From: Nannocystis bainbridge
GTDB taxonomy: Bacteria > Myxococcota_A > Polyangia > Nannocystales > Nannocystaceae
Direction: 5' to 3'
Assembly: GCF_028368995.1 (NCBI RefSeq)
Contig: NZ_JAQNDL010000003.1
Location: 2,848,001-2,912,000 of the forward strand
DNA length: 64,000 bases
The notes below the pieces were generated by a model, which did not search any database, was not told the origin of the DNA, and saw nothing but the letters and a program-made list of their open reading frames with translations. A program made the position numbers and the translations under genes. Of the stretch, positions 40,601-48,824 are shown one piece after another (position 1 is the stretch's first letter; the number at the start of each line of letters is the position of its first letter).

Positions 40601-43523
40601 CTACCTCGACGGCGTGGCCGCGCGTCCCTCCGTCGTCACCGAGCTGTGTCGCATCAGTGGCGATGCCGAGGTCGACCTCACCGTCACACACCTCGACGGT
40701 CTCGGCCGCGCGGTCGCCGAGGTGACGCAGGACGACGCCGGCACGGGTGCGATCCTCCGCACCGCGCAACGCTACGGGGCCAACGGCGAAGTCGCCGAGT
40801 TGCTGGTTGGCCACGTGCTCCCCGCCGCCGCGTTGCTGCCCGGCGCGAGCATCATGCTCGCGGATGCGTGGCCGCGGAGCCTTACGCATCACGACGCCCT
40901 TGGCCGCGTCGTCTGGTCGCGCGACGCGGACGGCTATGAATCCGCGACGACCTACAGCCCGCTCGCGGTGGAGCGCCGCGAGCACGAGGATCTGCATCCC
41001 GCGCCGCCGTATTCGGACGCGCCCGAGCGCACCGAGCACGACGGCCTCGGCCGGATCGTGAGCATCACCAGCCGTCTCGCCGGCCGCGGCATCACCCACA
41101 GCTACCAGCACGACGCCGCCGATCGGCTCGTCACGCACGTCGATCCCGAGGGCCATCGCACCACCTATCGCCACGACGGCGGCGGCCGCCTGGGACGCAT
41201 CACGTCGCCGGACGCCGGCGATGTCCTCCAGCATTTCGACGCGACGGGCCGCCTGACCGAGCGGATCGACGCCACGGGCGCGCGCGTGACGTGGTCGTTC
41301 GATCCGCTCGGCCGCCTCACACACGAGCGCGCGCTCGATGCCACCGGTGCGCAGGTCAGCGAGGTCCGGCGCAGCTACGATCGCGGCGGCCAGCTCGTCG
41401 CGGTCGAAGACGATGCCGGCCGAATCGAATTCACGCACGACGCACGCGGCCGGATCATCCGCGCGACCCGGCGTTTCGACGGCCCGCGCGGCCCTGTCAC
41501 GCTCTCGACCGCTCAGCTCTACGACGCGCAGGACCGGCCGTTCCGCGACGTGTATCCGGACGGCAGCACGCTCGATCACGCCTACACCGCGCGGGGCCTC
41601 GAAGCGCCCGGCCTCTTCGCCACGGCCGCGGAATATGACGCGCTCGCCCGCTGGCGTCGCCTCGAGCTCGCGCCCGGCGTGGCGCTCACGCGCGAGCTCG
41701 ACATCACCGGCCGCGTGCATGGCCAGCGTGCGGAAGGTGACAGGACGCTCTTCGACCTCGCCCATCGCTACGATGTCGCGGGCCAGCTCGCCGAGACGCG
41801 CGACCTGCTCGGCGCGGAGAAATTCTCGCTCGCGCAGACCTACGTCTACGACGACTTGCACCGCCTGGTCGCCAGCGCCGCCCACGGCAAGACCCGCCGC
41901 TGGCGCTACAGCGACGACGGCAACCTCCTCGATCAGGGCGGCCGGGCACTCGGCTACGACGCCGCGCGCCCGCACGCGGCGGTCAAGCTCGACGCGCAGC
42001 GCCTCGCCTACGACGCCGCCGGCCAGCTCGCCGAGGTCGAGGGCGAAGGCCCGCTCGCCGCCGGCTCGTGGCGTTTCGACCCGCACGGCCGCGTGCAGTC
42101 GTTCACCGCTGGCGACGGCCGCCGCGTCGAGAACGTCTACAGCTACACCGGCGAGCGCGCCGTTCGTCGCGATTTCGACGCTCGCGGCGAGCTCGCCCAT
42201 GAGACGCTCTACGTAACCCCGAACGTCGAGGTCCGCGACGGCCAGCTCGTCCGCTGGGTCCACTTCGCCGGCGAACGGGTCGCGGAGAGCGCCGTGCCGA
42301 TGCCGAGCGGCGGCTACCCCGAGCTCGACATCGCAGCCGTGGCGGTGGTTCAGGCGGGCCGCAGTCCAACCACGGCACTCGTCCTGGCGCTGCTCGTGGC
42401 GTTGGCGCTCGCGTGGCGTCTCCGCCGCTGGCTGCCCTCGACCGGAACGGCTCCGACCTTCGCGCGCGCCGCCACGGCACTCGTCCTGGCCGGCCTCGCC
42501 GGCACGCTGAGCTGCCGCCACCACGGTGACGACTCGCGCCCGCTCGTCCCCGACGAGCACACCCGCTACCACGTCGCCGATCGCCTCGGCTCCGCCGCCC
42601 TGGTACTCGACCATGAAGGTCACCCGCTCGCCCGGGACGCCGCCGACCCCTACGGCGCAGCTCGGCTCGCGTGGCGCGCCGACGACAGCGCCGCGGGGCC
42701 GACCTACCGCTTCACCGGCAAGGAAGACGACTCGCTGAGCGGCGCCATCGCGATCGGCGCCCGGCACTACCTGCCCGAGCTCGGTCGCTGGGCAAGCCCG
42801 GACCCCTACCACCTTCTCAATCCCGGCGCCCGGTTGGAGGAGCCCGGCGAGCGCAACCTCTACCGCTACGCCGCGAACAACCCGATCGCCAAGGTGGACC
42901 CGACCGGCCACGGCTGGGTCACCTGGATCATCAAGGGCGCGAAGGCGACGTTCAAGGCCGTCTACAAGGGCTACGACAAGGTCGACGAGTTCAGCGGCAT
43001 CGCCGACGACGTGCTGACGGTCGCCACCGCCGAGGCCGGCATCGGCGCCCGCGTGCTGTCCGCCCTCTCGCTAGCGAGCGAAGTGCTGCCCGTCAGCGCA
43101 GGGGACATCAAAAGCACCTACCGCTGGTTCCGCGGTGCCGACAAGGCCACTTCCGCTGCCGACCGCACGGGAGATGTTGCCAAGGCCACCTCTGAGGCAG
43201 TTGAACGGGTGCCACTCAGCCGATCGAGCTACCCTGAGTCCGCGCAGCACATCCTCGATGCTCGACAAACTGGGCAACCCAGCGTTCTCACAGTCTCCAG
43301 GCCGGGCGCGTCCGGGCGGCGCTCCGGGGCCATGCAAGGGCACTCTCCAGTCAAGGGCAAGGACCGCGACGAGTACCCACCTGCGTTCACCAAGGAAGGC
43401 GGGCAGGGTGCCAGCGTCCGCCCGATCAATCCGAGCGACAACCGTGGAGCAGGCGCGTGCATCGGAAATGCTTGCCGAGGATTGCCCGACGGGACCAAAA
43501 TCCAGATCGAGATCACGGAGTAA
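37644..43523 (+). CDS. SpvB/TcB-like + FG-GAP + RHS/YD fusion toxin with C-terminal NucA/NucB-type DNase
   Basis: Signal peptide; SYPIEVPPGRAGLQPQLALHYS...LGLGWSL (SpvB); DxDGD repeats; EFRGFA (TcB mid); YD repeats; RHS core YHVADRLGS...FTGKE...GARHY...RWASPDP...YRYAANNP...DPTG; tip DRDEYPPA...GGQGASVRPI.PSDNRGAG. Confidence 0.9.
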   Translation: MSLRTGPILVALVLAAGTARADTSATLATAINLPKGPASIEGFGQGYDVSAASGLPSVSYPIEVPPGRAGLQPQLALHYSAGEGAGVLGLGWSLGLPAIERSLRTGIPRYDDTDAWVLRGLGGGEELVEVAPGAYRERIEQGPPVVVRSLPGGAMSAVTTDGTGYLFGLTDEARLTGDAGDFRLELSAITDVHGNRIDFYYAREQGSSAPLLAAITYNDGRAAVRFAYETRTDLVRTRAPGFAVELRHRLRAIVTEVDGAPVRTTTLTYHQTVMNPASALARIDTSASDGAALPPWHLRYAGALDEPRENPIAEAPALDPTADGRAWVDIDGDALPDLLDTTLDGWRYRKGRGAALASSWTPIPTPAATLTASARFADLTGDGIEDLLAQPSEGELWAFTGGGTPFGKGTPISLDVGFDLTAPNVALIDLNLDSRVDVLRHDDADGWIWIRHHDAAGYLPAEPVPPPPAGMRLGDPGVQLADLDGDRLPDLVRVLPSESRILVAAGEGFGLFAEPVDLAGVPPMAEGQRWEVADLNGDGAADLVRIGAASLDLYTYQHDGAVAPATSVAWPDLQADEIVILSDVDASGTVDVLRVDTDGSQPWRAWTFAERPGLLAELRTGLGYSRDFTYASAAVLADADADAGAPWKSTPPTPLPVLIRSHETDAHTSWTHTAEHHVRDGWYDPARGEFRGFAELRETDLGDGHSETATTTTRYDLGQTDEARKLQLLDSETASPRGMLVRESHTIGVESPAPGVLAARRVATDTDHLEAGPAAAAVRVRTEWDFDAWGNVLEERALGRVDAKSGADLPGDERITMYTYAEPAADDAPRDRVAEQIVSDADGAQITAIRTYYDGPPEQGAPLGQLDARGVVARVETWLAGETWVPTLRQTVDAHGNITRIRDAEDGTLERHFDDDGLFPIEERLLLASADDLVTTATWDARTGHPLVVSAPNGATTRAEYDGLGRLIAEIEPGDTPELPTTRYRYYLDGVAARPSVVTELCRISGDAEVDLTVTHLDGLGRAVAEVTQDDAGTGAILRTAQRYGANGEVAELLVGHVLPAAALLPGASIMLADAWPRSLTHHDALGRVVWSRDADGYESATTYSPLAVERREHEDLHPAPPYSDAPERTEHDGLGRIVSITSRLAGRGITHSYQHDAADRLVTHVDPEGHRTTYRHDGGGRLGRITSPDAGDVLQHFDATGRLTERIDATGARVTWSFDPLGRLTHERALDATGAQVSEVRRSYDRGGQLVAVEDDAGRIEFTHDARGRIIRATRRFDGPRGPVTLSTAQLYDAQDRPFRDVYPDGSTLDHAYTARGLEAPGLFATAAEYDALARWRRLELAPGVALTRELDITGRVHGQRAEGDRTLFDLAHRYDVAGQLAETRDLLGAEKFSLAQTYVYDDLHRLVASAAHGKTRRWRYSDDGNLLDQGGRALGYDAARPHAAVKLDAQRLAYDAAGQLAEVEGEGPLAAGSWRFDPHGRVQSFTAGDGRRVENVYSYTGERAVRRDFDARGELAHETLYVTPNVEVRDGQLVRWVHFAGERVAESAVPMPSGGYPELDIAAVAVVQAGRSPTTALVLALLVALALAWRLRRWLPSTGTAPTFARAATALVLAGLAGTLSCRHHGDDSRPLVPDEHTRYHVADRLGSAALVLDHEGHPLARDAADPYGAARLAWRADDSAAGPTYRFTGKEDDSLSGAIAIGARHYLPELGRWASPDPYHLLNPGARLEEPGERNLYRYAANNPIAKVDPTGHGWVTWIIKGAKATFKAVYKGYDKVDEFSGIADDVLTVATAEAGIGARVLSALSLASEVLPVSAGDIKSTYRWFRGADKATSAADRTGDVAKATSEAVERVPLSRSSYPESAQHILDARQTGQPSVLTVSRPGASGRRSGAMQGHSPVKGKDRDEYPPAFTKEGGQGASVRPINPSDNRGAGACIGNACRGLPDGTKIQIEITE

Positions 43524-43526
43524 CTC

Positions 43527-44168
43527 ATGACGAGCCCCAGCATGGAGAACCTGCTCAAACGCGTCGACATCGTGCTCGCCCACGGGCCCGTCTACTTGGG
43601 GCCATGGGCGCGCCGACACGCTGGTGCTCGACTCGCTGAGCTGGAGCTCATGTACAGCCTCGTGAACGGATTTCTCGCGTTCGACCGTGCCCTCCGGGTC
43701 TTCCCGGCAATTCCGGTCCATGAGGCTGCAAGCCTGAATTCGTGGAACGAGCCCCAGAACTGGCGCGACTACTACGGCGATCTTGCGAAAGATCTGCTGT
43801 TCTTCGCAGATGATGTCTTCGGAGGCCAGTTCTGTATCAAGCAGAACAAGGTCTTCGCGTTCGATCCTGAGACGGGCGACCTCGAGTGGCTCGCCGACGA
43901 CCTTGAGGCGTGGGCTGCAGTCCTGCTGGACGACACCGACAACCGCACGGGCCGGCCGCTCGCAGTCGCTTGGCAGGCGAGGTTCGGTCCCCTCGCTCCC
44001 GGTCAGCGTCTGCTCCCGACCCGCTTGTTCACGCTCGGCGGAGAGTTCTCGCTCGACAACCTCACGGTCAAGGACGCCACGGCGGGCATGCGGATCCGAG
44101 GCCCGATCGCCCAGAAGATCCACGACTTGCCGGACGGCGCGCAGCTACAGTTCGAGATCACGGACTAA
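43527..44168 (+). CDS. Immunity protein, SMI1/KNR4(SUKH)-like plus DUF1851-like
   Basis: Starts 3 nt after the toxin stop; NGFLAF, LLFFADDVFGGQFC, FDPETG and PTRLFTLGGEFSLDNL. Confidence 0.8.
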   Translation: MTSPSMENLLKRVDIVLAHGPVYLGPWARRHAGARLAELELMYSLVNGFLAFDRALRVFPAIPVHEAASLNSWNEPQNWRDYYGDLAKDLLFFADDVFGGQFCIKQNKVFAFDPETGDLEWLADDLEAWAAVLLDDTDNRTGRPLAVAWQARFGPLAPGQRLLPTRLFTLGGEFSLDNLTVKDATAGMRIRGPIAQKIHDLPDGAQLQFEITD

Positions 44169-44271
44169 TCCCATGCCACACGAGATCTGCGAGAGCTGCG
44201 TGAACGCCGTCAGTCGCGCCGGGCTGCCCGGCCCTTGGCTGCGAACACCCGGCGAGCTACGCTGGAGCGCC

Positions 44272-45351
44272 GTGTCTTCTACGCGACGCCGTGCTGCCCT
44301 TTCTCTCGCGGGTCTCCTCGCGTGCAATCAGCCGGACGGCAACATGACCGGCTTCACGGCGCCGCCGGTCACCACGGCGCCCGTCTCGACGACGACCAGC
44401 GGCGACACGAACTCGGGCAGCTCCAGCAGCTCGTCGACCGGCACGAGCTCGGGCTCGGGCGGTGACTCGGGGTCGAGTGCGGGGTCCAGCTCGACGACGA
44501 TGGTCTGGGACATGGGCCCTCCGCCCGACTTCGACACCGGGCCGCCGGTGGGCTGCCAGGGCAAGATCGACTTCCTGTTCGTGATCTCGCGCGACGACTT
44601 CATGAAGCCGCACCAGGATAAGCTGATCGCCGCGTTCCCGAGCTTCATCAAGACGATCCAGCTCCAGTTCAGCGACTTCGACGTGCAGATCCTCGTCACG
44701 GACTCGGAGCCGGCCTGGGGTTCGCCGGCGTGCGACGACGACTGCCCAGACCCGTGCGTGGAGGCGCCCGACTATCCCTGCGACTACTGGGCAAGCGTCT
44801 GCGACGAGACGATGGGCGCGGGCGTCGTCATGAACGTCGGCCAGTACACGGAGAACAAACCGTGCCTGGAAGGCCCGCGCCGCTACATCACCGCGGACAC
44901 GCCCGACATCCCCGGCACCTTCGAGTGCCTCGCACGCGTGGGGGTGGTTGGCTACAACAAGATGGGCGACGCCCTCGTCGCGGCGATGAGCCCCAAGCTC
45001 AACAAGGTCGGCGGGTGCAACGAGGGGTTCTTCCGCGACGACGCGCTCCTGATGGTCACGCTCATCGGCCCGGAGGACAACTCGGATGCGCCGGCGGGCT
45101 CGAACGGCACCTGGCAGGAGTGGATGCAGGCGGCCGTGGACCGGAAGAAGGGCGACCTCGACGCCATCGTGATGTTCGGCCTCACGGACGACTGCATCGG
45201 GAGCCAAAACCCGAAGCACCGCATCTGCAAGACCGTCCCGGCATTCCCGCACAGTCTCCTGCAACTCCTGACGAGTGAGGACTACGGCCCGATCTTCGAA
45301 CAGGCTGCCGAGCTGGCGATCGATACCTGCAACGCGTTCGTGCCCGGCTAA
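44272..45351 (+). CDS. Myxobacterial lipoprotein with Ser/Thr linker and vWA-like domain
   Basis: GGAG RBS with GTG start; lipobox LLAC; KIDFLFVIS, CLARVG and CNEGFFRDDALL. Confidence 0.75.
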   Translation: MSSTRRRAALSLAGLLACNQPDGNMTGFTAPPVTTAPVSTTTSGDTNSGSSSSSSTGTSSGSGGDSGSSAGSSSTTMVWDMGPPPDFDTGPPVGCQGKIDFLFVISRDDFMKPHQDKLIAAFPSFIKTIQLQFSDFDVQILVTDSEPAWGSPACDDDCPDPCVEAPDYPCDYWASVCDETMGAGVVMNVGQYTENKPCLEGPRRYITADTPDIPGTFECLARVGVVGYNKMGDALVAAMSPKLNKVGGCNEGFFRDDALLMVTLIGPEDNSDAPAGSNGTWQEWMQAAVDRKKGDLDAIVMFGLTDDCIGSQNPKHRICKTVPAFPHSLLQLLTSEDYGPIFEQAAELAIDTCNAFVPG

Positions 45352-47021
45352 TAGGGGTGAACCTTCGCCACGCCAGCGGCCAGCGTGTCATCGAGCTCCT
45401 GGAAATACCCGCCGGCGAAGATGAATCCGACCTGATCCGCCGCGATTCCGGTGGCCACCTGCAGCTTCGTCGGGCCACCCTGGTAGTGCAGCACAGGCTC
45501 GGCAGCGCCGCTGGACCAGCCTTGCACAAGGAATCCGTCCTCGTTCTGGAGACCTTGTGCGGCGACGACCGCGTAGCCTGCCGCGCTCCACGCGATGTCA
45601 GTCAAGTGCTTGGCGTTCGCCGTCGGCTGCATCTCGACCTGGGTGGCTCCCAGTGAGAACCAGCGCAACACGCCCTTGGTCGCGTTGCAGGGCGAGACCA
45701 TGGCGTTGCAGTTGTCGCCCGCGACCACGTACCCGCCCGCGTGGCCCGGTGCGAGTGCCTGGTTCCCGCTATGCCATGCGAGCGCCGCGGGGTTCGCAAC
45801 ATCCGCGAGGACGGTGGCGGTGAAGCTGAACTCGACAGCGAACCCGCGGGTCTGGATGTCGGGGTTTCCTTGCTCGTGCGGCCCCACGGCGTCTCCGACG
45901 ACGACGATCCGGTCCTCCACGAACGCGCAGTCTTGGGTCCGCTCGCTGAACTTGTGCACCTTGTCGAGGGCATACGGCGCCCGGTAGTCCCATGGCTGCG
46001 TCCACGGCTCGGTATCGACTCGCCGCAGGCGGACCCATGCGTCGTCTTCACCTGGCGTCGCGGGTCGAGTCCCGCAGAGCAGCACATCGCCCGCCACATT
46101 CACATCGAGCCCTCGACCCATGTGGGTGAGGTTGCCCTCCTCCGGCGTCTGTCCGAGCGGCAGGCCGTCGTCGTCGAGGTGCCAGATCTGCCAGCGCCCG
46201 AAGCCGTTTTCGTAGACGTTGACCAGCGCCCAGATTGTCCCGTCCGGAGCGAACTTCACGTCCTCGCCAGCGCAGTCGAATCCGTGTGCGATCCAGCGCG
46301 AATCCCCGAGCCACACGACCTCGCCGTCTGTGTCGCGCCGGCGGAGGTGACACCGCTGGCCCTCGGGCGTCGAGTAGGTGAACAGCTCCACGACGCCGCC
46401 CTGGTCGTCGACGTCGATCGCGTTGCCATAGCTCGGCACGAGCGAGCTTTTCTTGAGCCACGCCTCCCCCCCGGCGGCCGATGCGGCGACCGTGAACGTC
46501 GCTGGCCAGGGCTCACTCACCTCCTCGTCGCGCGTGGCGATCGCCACGACATCGTGCGTGCCGTTCCATGACTCGCCGAACACCGCTATCTCGCCGGTAA
46601 ACGTACCGGCGTTCATCGGAACGAGCGCGACCGGCTCGCCCAAGTCGACCGACATGGACACTGCGTCCGCCCCCTCGACGTCGACCTCCACCGTGACGAT
46701 GCCCGCCGACTTCAGCTCGTCCGGCATCAGCCTCATGTCGGTGATCGTCAGTGGCCCGAGCTCGCCTGGACCGGATGAGGTCGTCCCAGTCGTCGTGCTC
46801 GGCTCCGAGGTCACCTGCGCTCCGGTCACGGTCTGTATCCCCGTCGTAGGCGCCGTGCCGTCCGAGGTCGATCCGGACTCTGTGTTCTGCCCGGCGCTTG
46901 TGGTGTCGAAGCACTCAGGCCCCGCTTCCAGCGTGCAGGGGGGCCACGGTGTCGCTTCAAAGCAGCCGGCGACGAGCACTATCGCAGCGAGCAGCCCGGG
47001 ACGCACAGGCGCAATCCGCAT
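45348..47021 (-). CDS. Lipoprotein with Ig-like domain and beta-propeller
   Basis: Lipobox VAGC, Thr-rich linker and repeated (I/L)DVD..G.V-type blades. Confidence 0.75.
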   Translation of the reverse strand: MRIAPVRPGLLAAIVLVAGCFEATPWPPCTLEAGPECFDTTSAGQNTESGSTSDGTAPTTGIQTVTGAQVTSEPSTTTGTTSSGPGELGPLTITDMRLMPDELKSAGIVTVEVDVEGADAVSMSVDLGEPVALVPMNAGTFTGEIAVFGESWNGTHDVVAIATRDEEVSEPWPATFTVAASAAGGEAWLKKSSLVPSYGNAIDVDDQGGVVELFTYSTPEGQRCHLRRRDTDGEVVWLGDSRWIAHGFDCAGEDVKFAPDGTIWALVNVYENGFGRWQIWHLDDDGLPLGQTPEEGNLTHMGRGLDVNVAGDVLLCGTRPATPGEDDAWVRLRRVDTEPWTQPWDYRAPYALDKVHKFSERTQDCAFVEDRIVVVGDAVGPHEQGNPDIQTRGFAVEFSFTATVLADVANPAALAWHSGNQALAPGHAGGYVVAGDNCNAMVSPCNATKGVLRWFSLGATQVEMQPTANAKHLTDIAWSAAGYAVVAAQGLQNEDGFLVQGWSSGAAEPVLHYQGGPTKLQVATGIAADQVGFIFAGGYFQELDDTLAAGVAKVHPY

Positions 47022-47651
47022 GGTCGCAAGATGCCTGCCCACGCGGGCGTGGTCAACGAGCATCGTCGCATTTGGTACGCCAGCATACCAACTGGCGACA
47101 CAAGCCTGGGTCCGATCGCGGTCGCGGCGTTCGACGCGGAAATGCCCCCCGCGGAGCGTGACGCGGCGATGGCGGAACATCTGGCAGCGGCATGTCGGGC
47201 GAGGCCGGAGCCCTGTTCTTGGTCATCATGGGCGGCCTTCATGCCACGCGCGCCGCTTCGCCGGACTTCGAGCCGAGGGCCACTCGCCCCGCGGCGTTGA
47301 TCTACCCGTGACGGGTCGTGTCGCTACGACTCGCGCACGTGGGTGGCGACGCGTGGCTGTGCACGGAGGAGTGCGGGCCGCACGAACTCGACGGACAGCG
47401 TCGGGGTCCCCGCTCGATCGAGCTGTTCGATCGGCTCACTGACGGTGAGTTCTACGTCGGGCCGATCCACGCGTCCCCGCCGCCGTCACAGGGCCGGCCC
47501 GCTAGTCGTCGTGCGGCGCGTACGCAGTTCCCGCCCCGACGCACGCCCCAAGCCCCGGGGAACAGCCAGAGGCCGAGAGCTCGCATGGGGCGACTTTTGC
47601 CTTGACGAACTCGGCGCCCCTGGGGAACCTCTCCCGCCCAGGAACAGCGCG

Positions 47652-48527
47652 ATGGCGAGCTACGGTGAGGTCACGGTCCGCGAAATTCTTGACGACAGGA
47701 AGTTGCGCCTCGAGATCGCCGCGATGTTGGACATGACGGAGAGGGCCATCCTCCGAGATCTGTCCGGCGAGGAAGAGCACAGACTCCTTCGGGATTTCTA
47801 CGATCCCGTGCCAGGAGACCTTGAGACGATGAGCGTCTCTGACGCTCGAGGAGACGTTGAGGTCATCGCCAAGATCGCCCGGCACACGAACCTGACGATC
47901 GAATCGGTTGACTGGGATCTCGAGAACACGCACGGTCGGACTCTGCTCCCCAAGGTGTTCGATTTTGTCTGGTTGCCGCGGCCCAGGGCCCAGCAGGTCG
48001 TGGAACCTCCACGACAGGTGCAGTTCCATCCAGTTGTGAAGCCGGCCATCCTCCGCTTCTCGTCGGCCACATCGCAACCGGCTATCTTCGGGAGCTACTC
48101 GCACAAGGACCGCAAGTTCGTCGACGCTGTTCGGCTCCATCTGAAGCCGTTGGAGAGGGACAACTCGCTCGAGTTCTGGGATGACTCAAAGATCAAGACC
48201 GGAGCGAAGTGGCGCGACGAGATCCAAATGGCGATTGAGCGCGCTTCGGCAGCCGTCCTCTTCATCAGCGCAAATTTCCTGGCCTCCGACTTCATTCATA
48301 CCGACGAGATTCCACCGCTCCTCGCCGAAGCAAAGCGTCGAGGCACGGTGATTCTTCCGCTCATCGTCGGGCACTGCTTGTTCACACAACACCCCGTGCT
48401 CTCCACGTTCCAAGCCTTCAACGACCCGAACCGGCCGGTTGGAACCTTGGGAAAGAATGAGCGCGACAAGCTGTACGTGAAGCTGGCAACCCAACTGGCC
48501 TCGTTGAAGCGCCGCGACGATTCCTAG
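47652..48527 (+). CDS. TIR-domain protein
   Basis: IFGSYSHKD, WDDSKIKTGAKWRDEI, LFISANFLASDFI..DEIP (catalytic Glu position retained); lower GC than neighbours. Confidence 0.85.
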   Translation: MASYGEVTVREILDDRKLRLEIAAMLDMTERAILRDLSGEEEHRLLRDFYDPVPGDLETMSVSDARGDVEVIAKIARHTNLTIESVDWDLENTHGRTLLPKVFDFVWLPRPRAQQVVEPPRQVQFHPVVKPAILRFSSATSQPAIFGSYSHKDRKFVDAVRLHLKPLERDNSLEFWDDSKIKTGAKWRDEIQMAIERASAAVLFISANFLASDFIHTDEIPPLLAEAKRRGTVILPLIVGHCLFTQHPVLSTFQAFNDPNRPVGTLGKNERDKLYVKLATQLASLKRRDDS

Positions 48528-48824
48528 CACTCGCCCGCGCACGCAGGCGCAGATCGAAGGCGGCGCGGTGTGCGACCCGCCGGGCGGGGGCCGCGCCCGC
48601 AGCTCGATGGCCTCGACGGGCGGCGCGTCCGGGTCGTGTGCCTCGGAAGACATGGCCTTCGGCCATGGGCCCGGCGCTCGCGCCAGCACTGACGCGAGCG
48701 GGCTGCTCGGTCGCGCCTACGGGGATCCACGTTCGATGAACGATTCGGAGAAGCACGATGGCGTGTGTGAGGGACTGAGCGCATTGTCCTTGCGCTCGAA
48801 GGCGCGCCTGATACACAGTCGGGT

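Noticed and set aside
37644-43523. T6SS-delivered Rhs effector
   Set aside because: No PAAR, VgrG or EagR genes; it has a Sec signal and SpvB/TcB-type N-terminus instead
47031-47605. Small genes upstream of the TIR gene
   Set aside because: Short ORFs with no recognisable motif or clear RBS; possibly decayed, not supportable
47652-48527. Thoeris or CBASS system
   Set aside because: No ThsA-like (SIR2/Macro/SLOG) or cyclase gene is adjacent
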